A DNA stretch of 64,000 bases, taken from assembly GCA_965203905.1 (NCBI GenBank), contig CBDBDQ010000005.1:4096001-4160000 (forward strand), in the 5' to 3' direction. Shown one piece after another: positions 1-10,298 of this stretch (the stretch's first letter is position 1; every line of letters begins with the position of its first letter). The position numbers were made by a program, and so were the translations under genes. The notes beneath the pieces were generated by a model. That model did not search any database. It was not told where the DNA came from and worked only from the letters and a program-made list of their open reading frames with translations. Origin of the DNA: Spirochaetia bacterium (GTDB taxonomy: Bacteria > Spirochaetota > Spirochaetia > SZUA-6 > Bin103).

Positions 1-526
1 CCTGATCTTCCTGTGGCTGTTCTTCCTGTGGACCGGGAATGCGGCGGTCGGTCTCTTCTCCAGAGAGTATCTCACCGCCCCCTGGAGCATTGGGAAGTTC
101 CTGGACCTGCTGTCGCATCTGTGGATCCCGGCGCTCATCGTCGGCACCGCCGGAACCGCCAGCCTCATTCGTATCATGCGCGCCAACATGCTCGATGAGC
201 TGCAGAAGCCGTACGTCATGGTCGCTCGCGCCAAGGGTCTGACCGAGCGCCGGCTGCTGTACAAATACCCGTTTCGAGCCGCCGTGAATCCGGTGGTAAG
301 CACGATCGGCTACACCCTCCCAGAGCTGATCAACGGCGCTCTGCTGACCTCGATCGTATTGGGGCTTCCCACCATCGCGCCGGTCTTGCTCTCCGCGCTC
401 CTTAGCCAGGACATGTACATGGCCGGCAGCATCATCTTCGTCTTGAGTGGGCTCACCGTCGTCGGCACCTTGATTTCTGACATTCTTCTTGCCTGGCTCG
501 ACCCCCGCATTCGTGAGGCCGTTTGA
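1..526 (+). CDS. ABC transporter permease (DppB/OppB-like), 5'-truncated by window edge
   Basis: Frame open from nt 2; hydrophobic helices; EAA-loop-like 'YVMVARAKGL'; C-terminal 'ISDILLAWLDPRIR'. Confidence 0.9.
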   Translation, partial: LIFLWLFFLWTGNAAVGLFSREYLTAPWSIGKFLDLLSHLWIPALIVGTAGTASLIRIMRANMLDELQKPYVMVARAKGLTERRLLYKYPFRAAVNPVVSTIGYTLPELINGALLTSIVLGLPTIAPVLLSALLSQDMYMAGSIIFVLSGLTVVGTLISDILLAWLDPRIREAV

Positions 527-529
527 ACG

Positions 530-1660
530 ATGGCGCAATCGGTTCAGCCTACCGAAGCTGCGGCGCCCGCCGAGGAGCGGTTGTTTGTCGCCTCGCAATG
601 GCAGTTGATTCGGTGGAAATTTGCCCGCCACCGTGTGGCTGTGGCGGCCCTGATCGTGCTCAGCATCTTCTACCTGGCGGCATTTCTTGCGGAGTTTGTG
701 GCCCCGTATGACCCCCGCCTCCATGACGTCGACCGGGTCTTGCAGCCGCCGCAACGGCTGCGTTTTGTGGATTCCAATGGCCGTATTCACCTGGTGCCGT
801 TTGTCTACGGCCTGAAGCAGAAGATCAACCCGGTCACCTTCGGCAAAGAGTACTCGGCTGACGAGCAGCAGCGCTACCCTCTGGCGCTGTTCGTGCGGGG
901 CGATCGGTATCGCTTGTGGGGGCTTTTTGAAAGCGACCTCCATCTGTTTGGCTTTGTCGGCGGGCGCGGATATGTTTTCGGCGCCGATTCGCTTGGGAGA
1001 GATCTCATTTCGCGCATCATTCACGGCAGCCGGATTTCCCTCACCGTTGGGCTGGTTGGGATTGCGGTGAGCTTCGTGCTGGGCATTGTGCTGGGAGGCA
1101 TCTCCGGCTATTTCGGCGGTCCGGCCGATGTTCTGATTCAACGCGCCATCGAGTTTCTCCGCTCCATTCCGACGCTGCCGCTGTGGATGGGGTTAAGCGC
1201 TGCCCTCCCGCCCCATTGGAGCGTGGAAAAGCTCTACTTCGCGATCGTCGTGATCCTTTCGTTTGTCGGCTGGACATCGCTGGCTCGGGTGGTGCGGGGC
1301 AAGTTCCTTTCGGTGCGGGAAGAGGAGTTCGTGCTGGCGGCTCAGGTCCACGTTGCCGGGCGCGGCTACATCATTCTCAGACACCTGCTGCCGTCGTTGT
1401 ACAGCTACATCATTGCCTCCCTCACACTGTCGGTTCCCGGAATGATTCTCGGAGAGACCGCCCTCAGCTTCATCGGGCTCGGCATGCGAACGCCGGCCAT
1501 CAGCTGGGGCGTGCTGCTGAAAGACGCGCAGGCAATCCGGGTGATGGCCAGCGCCCCGTGGCTGCTGATCCCGGCGCTCTTTGTCATCGTTTCTATCTTG
1601 GCGTTCAACTTTCTTGGGGATGGGATTCGCGACGCGGCTGATCCCTACGCGACCGTCTGA
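530..1660 (+). CDS. ABC transporter permease (DppC/OppC-like)
   Basis: 'FGADSLGRDLISRIIHGSRISL', 'ETALSFIGLG', 'FNFLGDGIRDAADP'. Confidence 0.92.
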   Translation: MAQSVQPTEAAAPAEERLFVASQWQLIRWKFARHRVAVAALIVLSIFYLAAFLAEFVAPYDPRLHDVDRVLQPPQRLRFVDSNGRIHLVPFVYGLKQKINPVTFGKEYSADEQQRYPLALFVRGDRYRLWGLFESDLHLFGFVGGRGYVFGADSLGRDLISRIIHGSRISLTVGLVGIAVSFVLGIVLGGISGYFGGPADVLIQRAIEFLRSIPTLPLWMGLSAALPPHWSVEKLYFAIVVILSFVGWTSLARVVRGKFLSVREEEFVLAAQVHVAGRGYIILRHLLPSLYSYIIASLTLSVPGMILGETALSFIGLGMRTPAISWGVLLKDAQAIRVMASAPWLLIPALFVIVSILAFNFLGDGIRDAADPYATV

Positions 1661-1689
1661 TGCAAGGAGACTAGGCTCCGCCCGCGGAC

Positions 1690-2715
1690 ATGCTGCTCAG
1701 CGTCGAGAACCTCAAGACCCACTTCTTCTCTCGGGAGGGAACCGTCAGGGCGGTCGACGGCCTCAGTTTCACCCTCGATCACGGCGAGACCCTCGGCATC
1801 GCAGGGGAGAGCGGCTGCGGCAAGAGCGTCACGACCCAATCGATTCTGCGCATTGTTCCGAAGAACGGCGCGATCGTCGACGGTAGCATCGTCTTGGACT
1901 CGCCGAGCCAGGGACGCATCGACCTGGTGACGCTCGACCCCCAGGGGAGCGCCATACGTCAAATTCGCGGCGCCGAGATCGCCATGGTCTTTCAGGAACC
2001 GATGACCTCGTTCTCGGCGATGCACTCGATCGGCAACCAGATCATGGAAGCAATCATGCTGCACCAACGGATGACCAAACGTCAGGCCCGCGAGGAGGCC
2101 ACAGCGATGCTGGCACGGGTGGGTATGCCGCAGCCGGCCCAGCTCATCGACGCCTATTCGTTCAATCTGAGTGGAGGTATGCGCCAGCGCGCCATGATTG
2201 CCATGGCCCTCTCCTGTCGACCCAGGCTGCTGATCGCCGACGAGCCGACGACAGCCGTGGACGTAACGATTCAGGCGCAGGTGCTGGAGCTGATCAAGGA
2301 TCTCCAGCAGGAACTGGAGATGGCGCTCATCATCATCACGCACGACCTGGCGGTCATTGCGGAGCTGGCGAATAAGGTGCTGATCATGTATCTTGGACAA
2401 GAGGTGGAGTCGGCGCCCGTCGACGACATCTTCTACAACCCCAAACACCCCTACACAAGAGGGCTTCTTGCATCGGTGCCGAAATTGGGAGAAGGCGCCA
2501 CCCAGCAGATCTCGGCGATCCGGGGCTCGGTTCCAACGCACGTTGAGCGTGTGAACGGCTGCCTGTTCCATTCGCGCTGTCCGGAGTTCATGCCCGGTGT
2601 ATGCGACACCGCCGCCCCCCACCTGCAGGCGATCGGCGCGGAACATAGCGTCGGCTGTTATCTCTATGGTGGCGGGCGTGACCGACACACCGATAGTATG
2701 ACCGCCGATGGCTAG
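1690..2715 (+). CDS. ABC transporter ATP-binding protein (DppD/OppD-like)
   Basis: Walker [17 protein letters not shown], Walker [13 protein letters not shown] motif and C-terminal Cys cluster. Confidence 0.95.
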   Translation: MLLSVENLKTHFFSREGTVRAVDGLSFTLDHGETLGIAGESGCGKSVTTQSILRIVPKNGAIVDGSIVLDSPSQGRIDLVTLDPQGSAIRQIRGAEIAMVFQEPMTSFSAMHSIGNQIMEAIMLHQRMTKRQAREEATAMLARVGMPQPAQLIDAYSFNLSGGMRQRAMIAMALSCRPRLLIADEPTTAVDVTIQAQVLELIKDLQQELEMALIIITHDLAVIAELANKVLIMYLGQEVESAPVDDIFYNPKHPYTRGLLASVPKLGEGATQQISAIRGSVPTHVERVNGCLFHSRCPEFMPGVCDTAAPHLQAIGAEHSVGCYLYGGGRDRHTDSMTADG

Positions 2716-3754
2716 TCCGCCGACGGCTAACGACAGGCCGCTGCTCGAGGTGAGGAACCTCACGAAGCACTTCGAGCGGACGCGCGGACTGCTGCGCACG
2801 GTCACCGGCACCGTCAAGGCGGTCGACGACGTCAGCTTCTCGGTTCAGGTGGGGGAGACACTTGCGCTGGTAGGCGAGAGCGGCTGCGGCAAGACCACCA
2901 CCGGACGCTGCATCCAGCGGGCGGTGGAGCCGACCTCAGGCGAGGTTCTCTTCGCTGCAGACGGCGCTGATGGGCCCGTGGAGGTTACCTCGCTCGGCCG
3001 GCGCGAGCTCAAAGCGGTTATGACCCAGATGGGAATGATCTTTCAGGACCCCTACTCGTCGCTCAATCCGAGAATGACCATCTTCCAGACCATTGCCGAG
3101 CCGTTCGTTATCCATCGTACCATAACCAGGCGCCGCGAGATGGAGGATCGCGTCTCCGAGCTGCTGAGGATGGTTCGCCTGGACCCGGTGTACATGTCGC
3201 GCTACCCTCACGCATTCAGCGGCGGTCAGCGCCAGCGCATCGCCATCGCCCGCGCCCTTGCCCTCATGCCCAAGTTCATCGTGGCGGACGAGCCGGTATC
3301 CGCGTTGGACGTGTCGGTGCAGGCGCAGATCTTGGAGCTTTTGCAAGAATTGCGGGAGAGCTATGGATTCGCCTATCTGTTCATCGCCCACAACCTCGCG
3401 GTGGTGGAATACTTCAGCGAGACCATCGCGGTCATGTACGTGGGCAAGATCGTCGAGATGACCTCGACGCGAGAGCTGTTCACCCGGCCCAAGCATCCCT
3501 ATACCGAGGCCCTGTTCTCGGCCGTGCCGAAACCCGATCCGCGCTATCGCAAGAAGCGGATCCTGCTCACCGGCGACATCGCCGATCCCGCCGACCCACC
3601 CACGGGCTGCTACTTCCATCCGCGCTGCCGCTTCGCGCAACAGATCTGCAAAGAAGTCGAGCCGCCGCTGGTCGACGTGAGCCAGGATCCGAAGAATCCT
3701 CATTTCGCCTCGTGTCACTTCGCACGCGAGCTCGACTTGACCGGAGTGGCTTGA
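2708..3754 (+). CDS. ABC transporter ATP-binding protein (DppF/OppF-like)
   Basis: GESGCGKT, FSGGQRQR, IVADEPVSALD, HPYT, GCYFHPRC. Confidence 0.95.
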   Translation: MASPPTANDRPLLEVRNLTKHFERTRGLLRTVTGTVKAVDDVSFSVQVGETLALVGESGCGKTTTGRCIQRAVEPTSGEVLFAADGADGPVEVTSLGRRELKAVMTQMGMIFQDPYSSLNPRMTIFQTIAEPFVIHRTITRRREMEDRVSELLRMVRLDPVYMSRYPHAFSGGQRQRIAIARALALMPKFIVADEPVSALDVSVQAQILELLQELRESYGFAYLFIAHNLAVVEYFSETIAVMYVGKIVEMTSTRELFTRPKHPYTEALFSAVPKPDPRYRKKRILLTGDIADPADPPTGCYFHPRCRFAQQICKEVEPPLVDVSQDPKNPHFASCHFARELDLTGVA

Positions 3755-3844
3755 CACTTTGGACAGAACGCATTAGAAATACCGAACCGGGCCGGTAAGT
3801 CCTCGACCTGGAATCGAGAATATACCCAAGGAGAAACACCGATA

Positions 3845-5803
3845 ATGAAGACCGTTATTAGTGTTGTTGCCCTGACGCTGGTTGCTGCAATGAGCTTTGC
3901 TGCAGCCGCCACCGAAGAGGAAGGCACCGGGGCCGCCGCAGTACGCACGGGAAAATACGGCGAAGCGCCGATGCTGGCAGCGATGGTCGCCAGGGGCGAG
4001 CTGCCCCCGGTTGAGCAGCGCCTGCCCGAAGTGCCGCGGGTGCTTCAGGTCGAAGAGATCGGTACGTACGGCGGCACACTGCAGCAGGTGCGTGCGCTCG
4101 ACGAATCTGACTGGATGGCCTGGACCATGACCAAAGAGCCGCTCACGATCGTATCGCCGGATCTCCTGAGCACGCTGCCCAACGTGGCCCAGGAGTACAG
4201 CGTATCGGCGGACGGCACGACGTTCACCTTCAAGGTCCGCAAGGGCATGCGCTGGAGCGACGGCGAGCCGTTCACCGTCGACGACGTCATGTTCTGGTAC
4301 GAGGATCTGATCAGCAACAGGGAGCTGTATGCCGACCCGATCAGCTGGTTCAAACGCGACGGCGAGCTGTTGGTGGCGCGCAGGGTCGACGACCAGACCT
4401 TCACCTTTGCGTTCAGCAAGCCCAACAGTCCCTTCGTCGACGTAATCGGGACGTGGTGGATGTACTTCGTGCCCCAGTACGCACCCAAGCACTACATGAA
4501 GCAGTTCCATCCCACCTACACCTCGCAGGATAAACTCGATGCCACGTTGAAAGCCGAGGGGTTCGCTACATGGCAGGAGCTGTACCAGGGCAAGGACTGC
4601 GTCGGTCACCCCGCACGCGGAGTCAACGACTCCGCCTGTCCGACGCTTGCCCCGTGGCTGTTCCAGGACCCCAAGACCGCTCCGGTGCAGACGGCGGTGC
4701 GCAACCCGTACTACTGGAAGGTCGATCCGGAGGGCAACCAGTTGCCCTACATCGACCGCCTCGAGCGCCCCTTGATCGCAGACACCGAGGCGTGGCTGCT
4801 CAAGGTCGTCGCCGGTGAAGACGACGTAACGATGCAGGGTGGGTTCTTGAATATCGGGAAGAACTTCACGTTTGTGAAGGAGAACGAGTCTCGTGGTGAC
4901 TACACGGTGAAGCAGTTCACCTGGTGGCAAAGCCAACAGGCTCTCTACTTCAACTTCACCACCTCCGACCCGGTAAAGAGTAAGCTCTACAACGACAAGA
5001 ACTTTCGTATCGCGCTCTCCCATGCGATCGACCGCGACGAGATCAACGGTCTGCTGTATGGCGGTCGCTACCGGCCCACTCAGGTGGCGCCCAATTCGGG
5101 TCCGCCGTACCACGGCGAGCGCGCCATGTTCCAGCAGTTCATCGAGTACGACCCCGACAAGGCCAACCGGCTGCTCGACGAGGTCGGTCTGGCCGCCCGC
5201 GGCAGGGACGGTTTTCGGCTCGATCCCGACGGCAACCCGCTGCGGTTCATCCTGTATCACCCCCCGTGGCCGCCGGACAATTCGGAACTCGGCGAGCTGA
5301 TCAAGGGCCACCTTGCCAAGGTGGGCATCAACCTGGCGGTCAGGGCGCTGGACGACGGAGCGTACAAGGATTTGATGGCTGCGGACAGGGACGACTTGCG
5401 CTTGCGGATCCACTACTACGTCGGTCCGCCGATGGTGCCGATCATGAGCCCAGGCCTCTTCGCCGGCCAGTTCGACCAGGAGCGGCAGTGGTCGGACTGG
5501 CTCAACACAAACGGTGCCGACGGCATCGAGCCGCCGGATGACGTGAAGCGGTTACGCGAGATCCAGAACGAGATTTATGCCGAGCCGGACCCGGCGAAGC
5601 AGTTGGTGCTCTTCGACGAGGCCTTCAAGATCCACACCGACAACCTCTGGCTGATCGGCATCTTGGAGCCGGACACGAGCATCGTGAACAGCTACATCCA
5701 GAGCAACCGGATCGGCAACGTACCCGACCCGACACCGGGGGGGGAGACCATCCCCTCACAGCGGAGCGCGTGGTACATCAAGTACGAGGCCGGTAGTCGA
5801 TAG
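3845..5803 (+). CDS. ABC transporter substrate-binding protein, family 5
   Basis: Signal peptide; 'GELPPVEQRLP', 'RKGMRWSDGEPFTVDDV', 'RNPYYWKVDPEGNQLPYID'. Confidence 0.92.
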   Translation: MKTVISVVALTLVAAMSFAAAATEEEGTGAAAVRTGKYGEAPMLAAMVARGELPPVEQRLPEVPRVLQVEEIGTYGGTLQQVRALDESDWMAWTMTKEPLTIVSPDLLSTLPNVAQEYSVSADGTTFTFKVRKGMRWSDGEPFTVDDVMFWYEDLISNRELYADPISWFKRDGELLVARRVDDQTFTFAFSKPNSPFVDVIGTWWMYFVPQYAPKHYMKQFHPTYTSQDKLDATLKAEGFATWQELYQGKDCVGHPARGVNDSACPTLAPWLFQDPKTAPVQTAVRNPYYWKVDPEGNQLPYIDRLERPLIADTEAWLLKVVAGEDDVTMQGGFLNIGKNFTFVKENESRGDYTVKQFTWWQSQQALYFNFTTSDPVKSKLYNDKNFRIALSHAIDRDEINGLLYGGRYRPTQVAPNSGPPYHGERAMFQQFIEYDPDKANRLLDEVGLAARGRDGFRLDPDGNPLRFILYHPPWPPDNSELGELIKGHLAKVGINLAVRALDDGAYKDLMAADRDDLRLRIHYYVGPPMVPIMSPGLFAGQFDQERQWSDWLNTNGADGIEPPDDVKRLREIQNEIYAEPDPAKQLVLFDEAFKIHTDNLWLIGILEPDTSIVNSYIQSNRIGNVPDPTPGGETIPSQRSAWYIKYEAGSR

Positions 5804-5904
5804 ACAGAGAGGGGAGGTGGCCGCGGCAGCGGCGCTTCCCCTTCCTGTTGCCCGGAACGACGGTTCGAAGCGAGAGACCGGACCACGGTTGGTCCAGCTC
5901 TCGG

Positions 5905-7671
5905 TCAGGCGGGGGTGACGTAGCGACAATCCCAGTCGCCGAGCATCTGCAGAGGGATCACCGGAGCCTCCAGCGGCGGCTCGCCCGCGGCCCGCCAGGC
6001 CTCGATCTCCCGCAGGTGACCCAGGTCCCTGAGCGCACTCCAAACGGGCCCGTAGTTGACCATCGAGCCGACATCCGCCCACCAGAAGAACAGCGCATCC
6101 GCGCCATGCTCTGCCAGCCCCGCGGCGGTGCGCCGCAGCTCGGCTGGTTGCAAGTGCGAAGGATGGAGGCACGGCGCCAACTGACATGCAGTGCCGGCTG
6201 TGAGCGCTGCAAACTGATCCAGCGCACTCGGGTCGCGCCATGCCCGCGCACCATGGTTGAGCGCCGGCAGGTCGGTAAACGGAACCAACGTGTCCACCAG
6301 GCCGCCGGCGATCCACGCCTGCGGGTCCAAGCCGTTTGCCAGGTTCTCTCTCTCCGCACTCATCACGATGGCGGTGATCGGCAGATCGAGCGCCTGCCGC
6401 AGCTCGCGAGTGAACGTCGTCAGCACACCGGCACGGTATCGGAGCCACGTGGGATCATCCGGTTCCAGCTCCCTGGGATCCTTGCCGTGTTGCTCTCGAT
6501 AGCCTTCTACCAACGGAGGCTCGTACTCGAGCACCGGGTGACGGCGGTTGTAGAGCAGGCAAACGCCGTCGATATCGTATGCCGCCATCTCACGAAAGGT
6601 TTCGATCACGTGGCTGCGCACCTCCGGGTACGCGAAGGAGAGCCGCGGGGTCGGATTGCCGGAACGGTCACGGCTGCGCCACTCCGGTTTCTCGCGGTAC
6701 AGCGAATCCCCATGCTCCCAGTAGTCGTGTACCGGTGGCAAGTGAAACCCGCCCAGTCTGTGGCACACGTGGAACTCGAGTCCGATGGCGTGAGTCTGAT
6801 CGCTCGCCACGCGCATGGGGTCATGGCCGCTGGCGCGCCATCGGCGCCAACACGCAGCCTCGTTGCGGGCAACGGAATGCAGAAAATCGTCGCGGCCCGG
6901 AGCTTCTGGCGTGCGATTGCGAGTCTGAAAGTACGAGGAGAGGTCACCCATGGCCCCCTCCCAGTAGATGCGCGTGAAATCGCTTCCCTGGAAGGGCACG
7001 AGATGCCTCTGTAGCTCCTCAGGCGTGTTCGTGCGCGTAAGCCCTAGATCGTTGTGACCATGCAACGAGAGTGCCGGCGCGACGCGTTCCTCTGTGAATA
7101 AGCGAACTTCGCCGTCCGACAAGGGGACGAGCTTGACGTAGGCGACGTTAGCGATAGCACAGCGGGGGATCTCGGCGCCATCGCGGCCCGTCTCCAACCA
7201 GCTCGGCTGACCGAATTCGATCTCGCCGCCGCCAAGTTCAGTGATACGCCAGAAGCACTCAGAAAGCTCCTCACCCCCCGTCCACTGAGGCCAGTCGGCC
7301 ACAGGGTCCTGGGAAGGTGACCTCGTCGGGAGCTGAAGGATCGAGAACACCGGCTCCTCCGCCAGGCGCACGAGCAGTTGCGGCGGGCCGTCTTCACCCA
7401 GGTACCAGTTCTTCAACCGCCACACCCCGATCGAGATCGCATGCCAACCCCGGGCAGGAATTGCGAGCCGCACCGATGGGGCCTGCGTCTCCTGACCGGC
7501 GACAATGGCGGTACCCGATACCAGCTCACTGCGGTAGGGCAGCACGCGCCAGCGACCATGGGCCGCGTCTGCCGCCAGAGCAGACTTGGGCGTGCACCGG
7601 TCCATGCCACTCACGTAGGTGGGTCTACCGCGCAGCCATCGGTCGGCAAACAGGTCGATGGAGGTACTCAT
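5905..7671 (-). CDS. putative glycoside hydrolase-like TIM-barrel protein (GHL10-like)
   Basis: 'RLSFAYPEVRSHVIETFREMAAYDIDGVCL', 'GLDPQAWIAGGLVDTLVP' resemble GHL10-type proteins; start placed at ATG 7671 (MSTSIDL) rather than 7770. Confidence 0.6.
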   Translation of the reverse strand: MSTSIDLFADRWLRGRPTYVSGMDRCTPKSALAADAAHGRWRVLPYRSELVSGTAIVAGQETQAPSVRLAIPARGWHAISIGVWRLKNWYLGEDGPPQLLVRLAEEPVFSILQLPTRSPSQDPVADWPQWTGGEELSECFWRITELGGGEIEFGQPSWLETGRDGAEIPRCAIANVAYVKLVPLSDGEVRLFTEERVAPALSLHGHNDLGLTRTNTPEELQRHLVPFQGSDFTRIYWEGAMGDLSSYFQTRNRTPEAPGRDDFLHSVARNEAACWRRWRASGHDPMRVASDQTHAIGLEFHVCHRLGGFHLPPVHDYWEHGDSLYREKPEWRSRDRSGNPTPRLSFAYPEVRSHVIETFREMAAYDIDGVCLLYNRRHPVLEYEPPLVEGYREQHGKDPRELEPDDPTWLRYRAGVLTTFTRELRQALDLPITAIVMSAERENLANGLDPQAWIAGGLVDTLVPFTDLPALNHGARAWRDPSALDQFAALTAGTACQLAPCLHPSHLQPAELRRTAAGLAEHGADALFFWWADVGSMVNYGPVWSALRDLGHLREIEAWRAAGEPPLEAPVIPLQMLGDWDCRYVTPA

Positions 7672-7887
7672 CGTCAGACAGCATATTCCAGGCCCTGGCG
7701 AACCGCAAGGCTGCCAGCACGCGCCAGGACTCGACAACTCCGCAGCCTGGGAATCGCGAGCGAGATGCAACGCAGGTCGACAGAGGAGCAGTGAACTTGA
7801 CCATGCACCCGGAAAGACCTATATGATTCCTGTGGTTGCGAACTACCTGTCAACCTCTTGTTCACGTGGGGAAACGGAGGCAAGACA

Positions 7888-8586
7888 TTGAGTTGGATAG
7901 CGCAGGAACACGACCCTGAGTGGCCGTTTGACGACCACGCCACGGCGTTCGACCTCGATCCGGATTCGACGGCGCTGCTGGTCGTGGACGTGCAGGCGGG
8001 CGACCTGGTGAAGGATACCGACACCAAGTACGGACGAAAGTATCCGCACGTCGTCGAGTACTGGAATTCGCGCATCGCCGGCTCGGTCCTGCCCGGGATT
8101 CAGCGGCTTCTGGCGTATTTTCGGGAGCACGGGATGCGGGTGCTTTACACGCGAAACGGTGCGATCACGCCGCACGGCGACGAGATGACGACCCGGCTCA
8201 AAGACTGCAAGCCGCGCAGAACGGACCGCCCGCCCGAGCGCTACCGCGGCACTTCGGCCTACGAAATTGCCAGGGAAATTTTTCCGACCCGGGACGAACT
8301 GGTAGTCGACAAGCTCACCTCGAGCGCCTTTCACAACACCATTCTCGACCACGCCCTCCGTAACATGGGCATCACCGGCGTGGTCATCACCGGTGTCCTG
8401 ACCGACATGTGCATCCTCGGCACGGCGCGGGTGGCAGCGGAGCTGGGCTACAACGCGCTGATCGCCGAAGATTGCTGCGGCACCCTTACCCAGCGCGCCC
8501 ACGACGAGGCGCTGCTCATGCACGCGCGGGTGTTCGGGCGGGTTTCGACTTCCACTGACGTAATAACAGAACTCGAAACCCGTTAA
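7888..8586 (+). CDS. isochorismatase-family cysteine hydrolase
   Basis: 'TALLVVDVQ', 'VDKLTSSAF', 'ITGVLTDMCILGTAR'; TTG start after GGAGG. Confidence 0.88.
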   Translation: MSWIAQEHDPEWPFDDHATAFDLDPDSTALLVVDVQAGDLVKDTDTKYGRKYPHVVEYWNSRIAGSVLPGIQRLLAYFREHGMRVLYTRNGAITPHGDEMTTRLKDCKPRRTDRPPERYRGTSAYEIAREIFPTRDELVVDKLTSSAFHNTILDHALRNMGITGVVITGVLTDMCILGTARVAAELGYNALIAEDCCGTLTQRAHDEALLMHARVFGRVSTSTDVITELETR

Positions 8587-8890
8587 GGAGCCCATGCCTC
8601 ATACTCACACTTCGCCAGGACTGCTTCGATACGCCGATCCGGGCGCGCTGTATGGGCCCGGCGAAGCAGGGCGGGACCAAGACGCGCCGGACACGCTCCG
8701 TTGGCATCAAGCAGGATCAGAATACCGCCGTCGACGCCAACGCGCTGCGCGGCGAGACCGACGTATGCCGCCAGTACCCCTTCTTTCACAAATCTCGTTC
8801 GAGGCACGCGGATCGGCTTCAGGACTACCGGAGACCTGACCGGGGCGAGTTCCTGCACTATCCGCCGGAGCAAAACCGGCACTGTCCCTC
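8583..8890 (-). pseudogene. DUF4276-family internal fragment
   Basis: 'VPVLLRRIVQE...ILILLDANGACPARLGPALL...VLAKCEYEAW'; clearly similar in DNA to 20895-21190. Confidence 0.7.
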
Positions 8891-8949
8891 CATGGAACTG
8901 CCGATTCTTCCCGCTCCGTAGATGATATAGCGCATAATCTGTTCCTGAT

Positions 8950-9152
8950 GTTGATCTCCCAGATGAATGACCAACTCCGGTTGCAGGTCCGCTACCAACT
9001 GCAACGCCCGTTCTACCCGTGCCGACCACCGGCGCACGGAGTCGAACTCCACCGCGTACGGCTCTGGGTTCAGGATGAAATGGGTGTCGCTGACGATAAC
9101 GAACCCGAAAAGCGCAGGCGGCAGAAAGCGGCGATCGAACAGCGGCTTTCAT
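8950..9152 (-). pseudogene. N-terminal fragment of a calcineurin-like metallophosphoesterase
   Basis: Frame reading 'KPLFDRRFLPPALFGFVIVSDTH...PELVIHLGD' (DxH and GD motifs); ATG is one base out of frame and the gene breaks after motif II. Confidence 0.6.
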
Positions 9153-9196
9153 GATTACATCAAGCAATGAGGTAGTCAAGGCAGGAGTTCATTACC

Positions 9197-9403
9197 TTGG
9201 AAAACGCGGCAGGTGAGCTGATTAGTGGCCAGGTGATTCCGATGCAGTCCTGGGAGGTCTTCCTCTGTGGGGCTCATCCCGGCTACACTAGCTACGAGCA
9301 GTTTCTGCGCAAGCAGCTTCGGTTGCAGCAGAACTGTACCCGAGCCGAGGGAGAAGCCGGAGCGGTGCGTGCCGGTGCGGCGCAGCGCCCCGTCCAGAGA
9401 TAG
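9197..9403 (+). pseudogene. internal fragment of a large serine recombinase
   Basis: 'WEVFLCGAHPGYTSYEQFLRKQLRLQQN...GAVRAG' resembles the HxxYISxEEF end of the recombinase domain. Confidence 0.5.
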
Positions 9404-9423
9404 AGCCCTAAAGGAATCCGACC

Positions 9424-10233
9424 ATGAAAATCGGCGCCTCCACCATCCTCCACCGCGACCGCCCTCTTGACCGGGATCTGTTCCGTGAGTTTCAGGAAGC
9501 GGGCATCGAGTCATTGGAGCTCACAGACTATCACCCCGACTTTAACTACGACGATCTCGGGGCTTTTGCAGATCTGCGAAGTGCAATCATGGACTTGTCG
9601 TTGCATCTCAACTCGCTCCACATCCATCTCGAAATCTTCAATGACTATGACCTGGCGACGCTCGATGATGAACAGCGGGAAAAGACTCTGACCGCCTACC
9701 GTCAGGCGGTCGATGTGATGGACGCACTGGGTGGCGGAATCCTCGTGACACATCACATACAGATTCCGGAGCCGGACGACGCCCAGCACACCGAGAAACG
9801 GGCCGCTTACATTCGTAATCTGGGTGCGGTCGCACGGTATGCGGCGCCGAAGACGGTCAGTTTCGCAGTCGAAAATACCTCCCGAGGGTATACCCGGGAT
9901 CCCTCTCGGCTTGTCGAACTGATCGCGGATCTGAATGAATCGAACGTGGGCGTTGTGATCGACACTGGACACCGCAATATCCTCGGTGATCCGGTCGAAG
10001 CCCTGCGGCTAGCCGGACACCACCTCATGACCCTGCATCTGCACGACAACCATGGCGAAGAAGATGAACATCTGCTGCCGGGACGTGCTGACATCGACTG
10101 GGACGGCGTGGTCGGAGCGTTGGATGAAATCGGTTACTCCGGCGTCTTCATGTACGAGCTCAACAGACCCGAGGATCTGACGGAAATCCGTTCGAACGCT
10201 GAACAGCTCTTGGGATCCTTCACGGACTGTTGA
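9424..10233 (+). CDS. sugar phosphate isomerase/epimerase (xylose-isomerase-like TIM barrel)
   Basis: 'FAVEN', 'IDTGH', 'LHLHDNHGEEDEHLLPG', 'FMYE'. Confidence 0.88.
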   Translation: MKIGASTILHRDRPLDRDLFREFQEAGIESLELTDYHPDFNYDDLGAFADLRSAIMDLSLHLNSLHIHLEIFNDYDLATLDDEQREKTLTAYRQAVDVMDALGGGILVTHHIQIPEPDDAQHTEKRAAYIRNLGAVARYAAPKTVSFAVENTSRGYTRDPSRLVELIADLNESNVGVVIDTGHRNILGDPVEALRLAGHHLMTLHLHDNHGEEDEHLLPGRADIDWDGVVGALDEIGYSGVFMYELNRPEDLTEIRSNAEQLLGSFTDC

Positions 10234-10298
10234 GGCAGCTCGACGGAGCCCCTGGCATCCGAGGGATTGTCAGGCAGTTGAACAAAGGGGGATTGATC

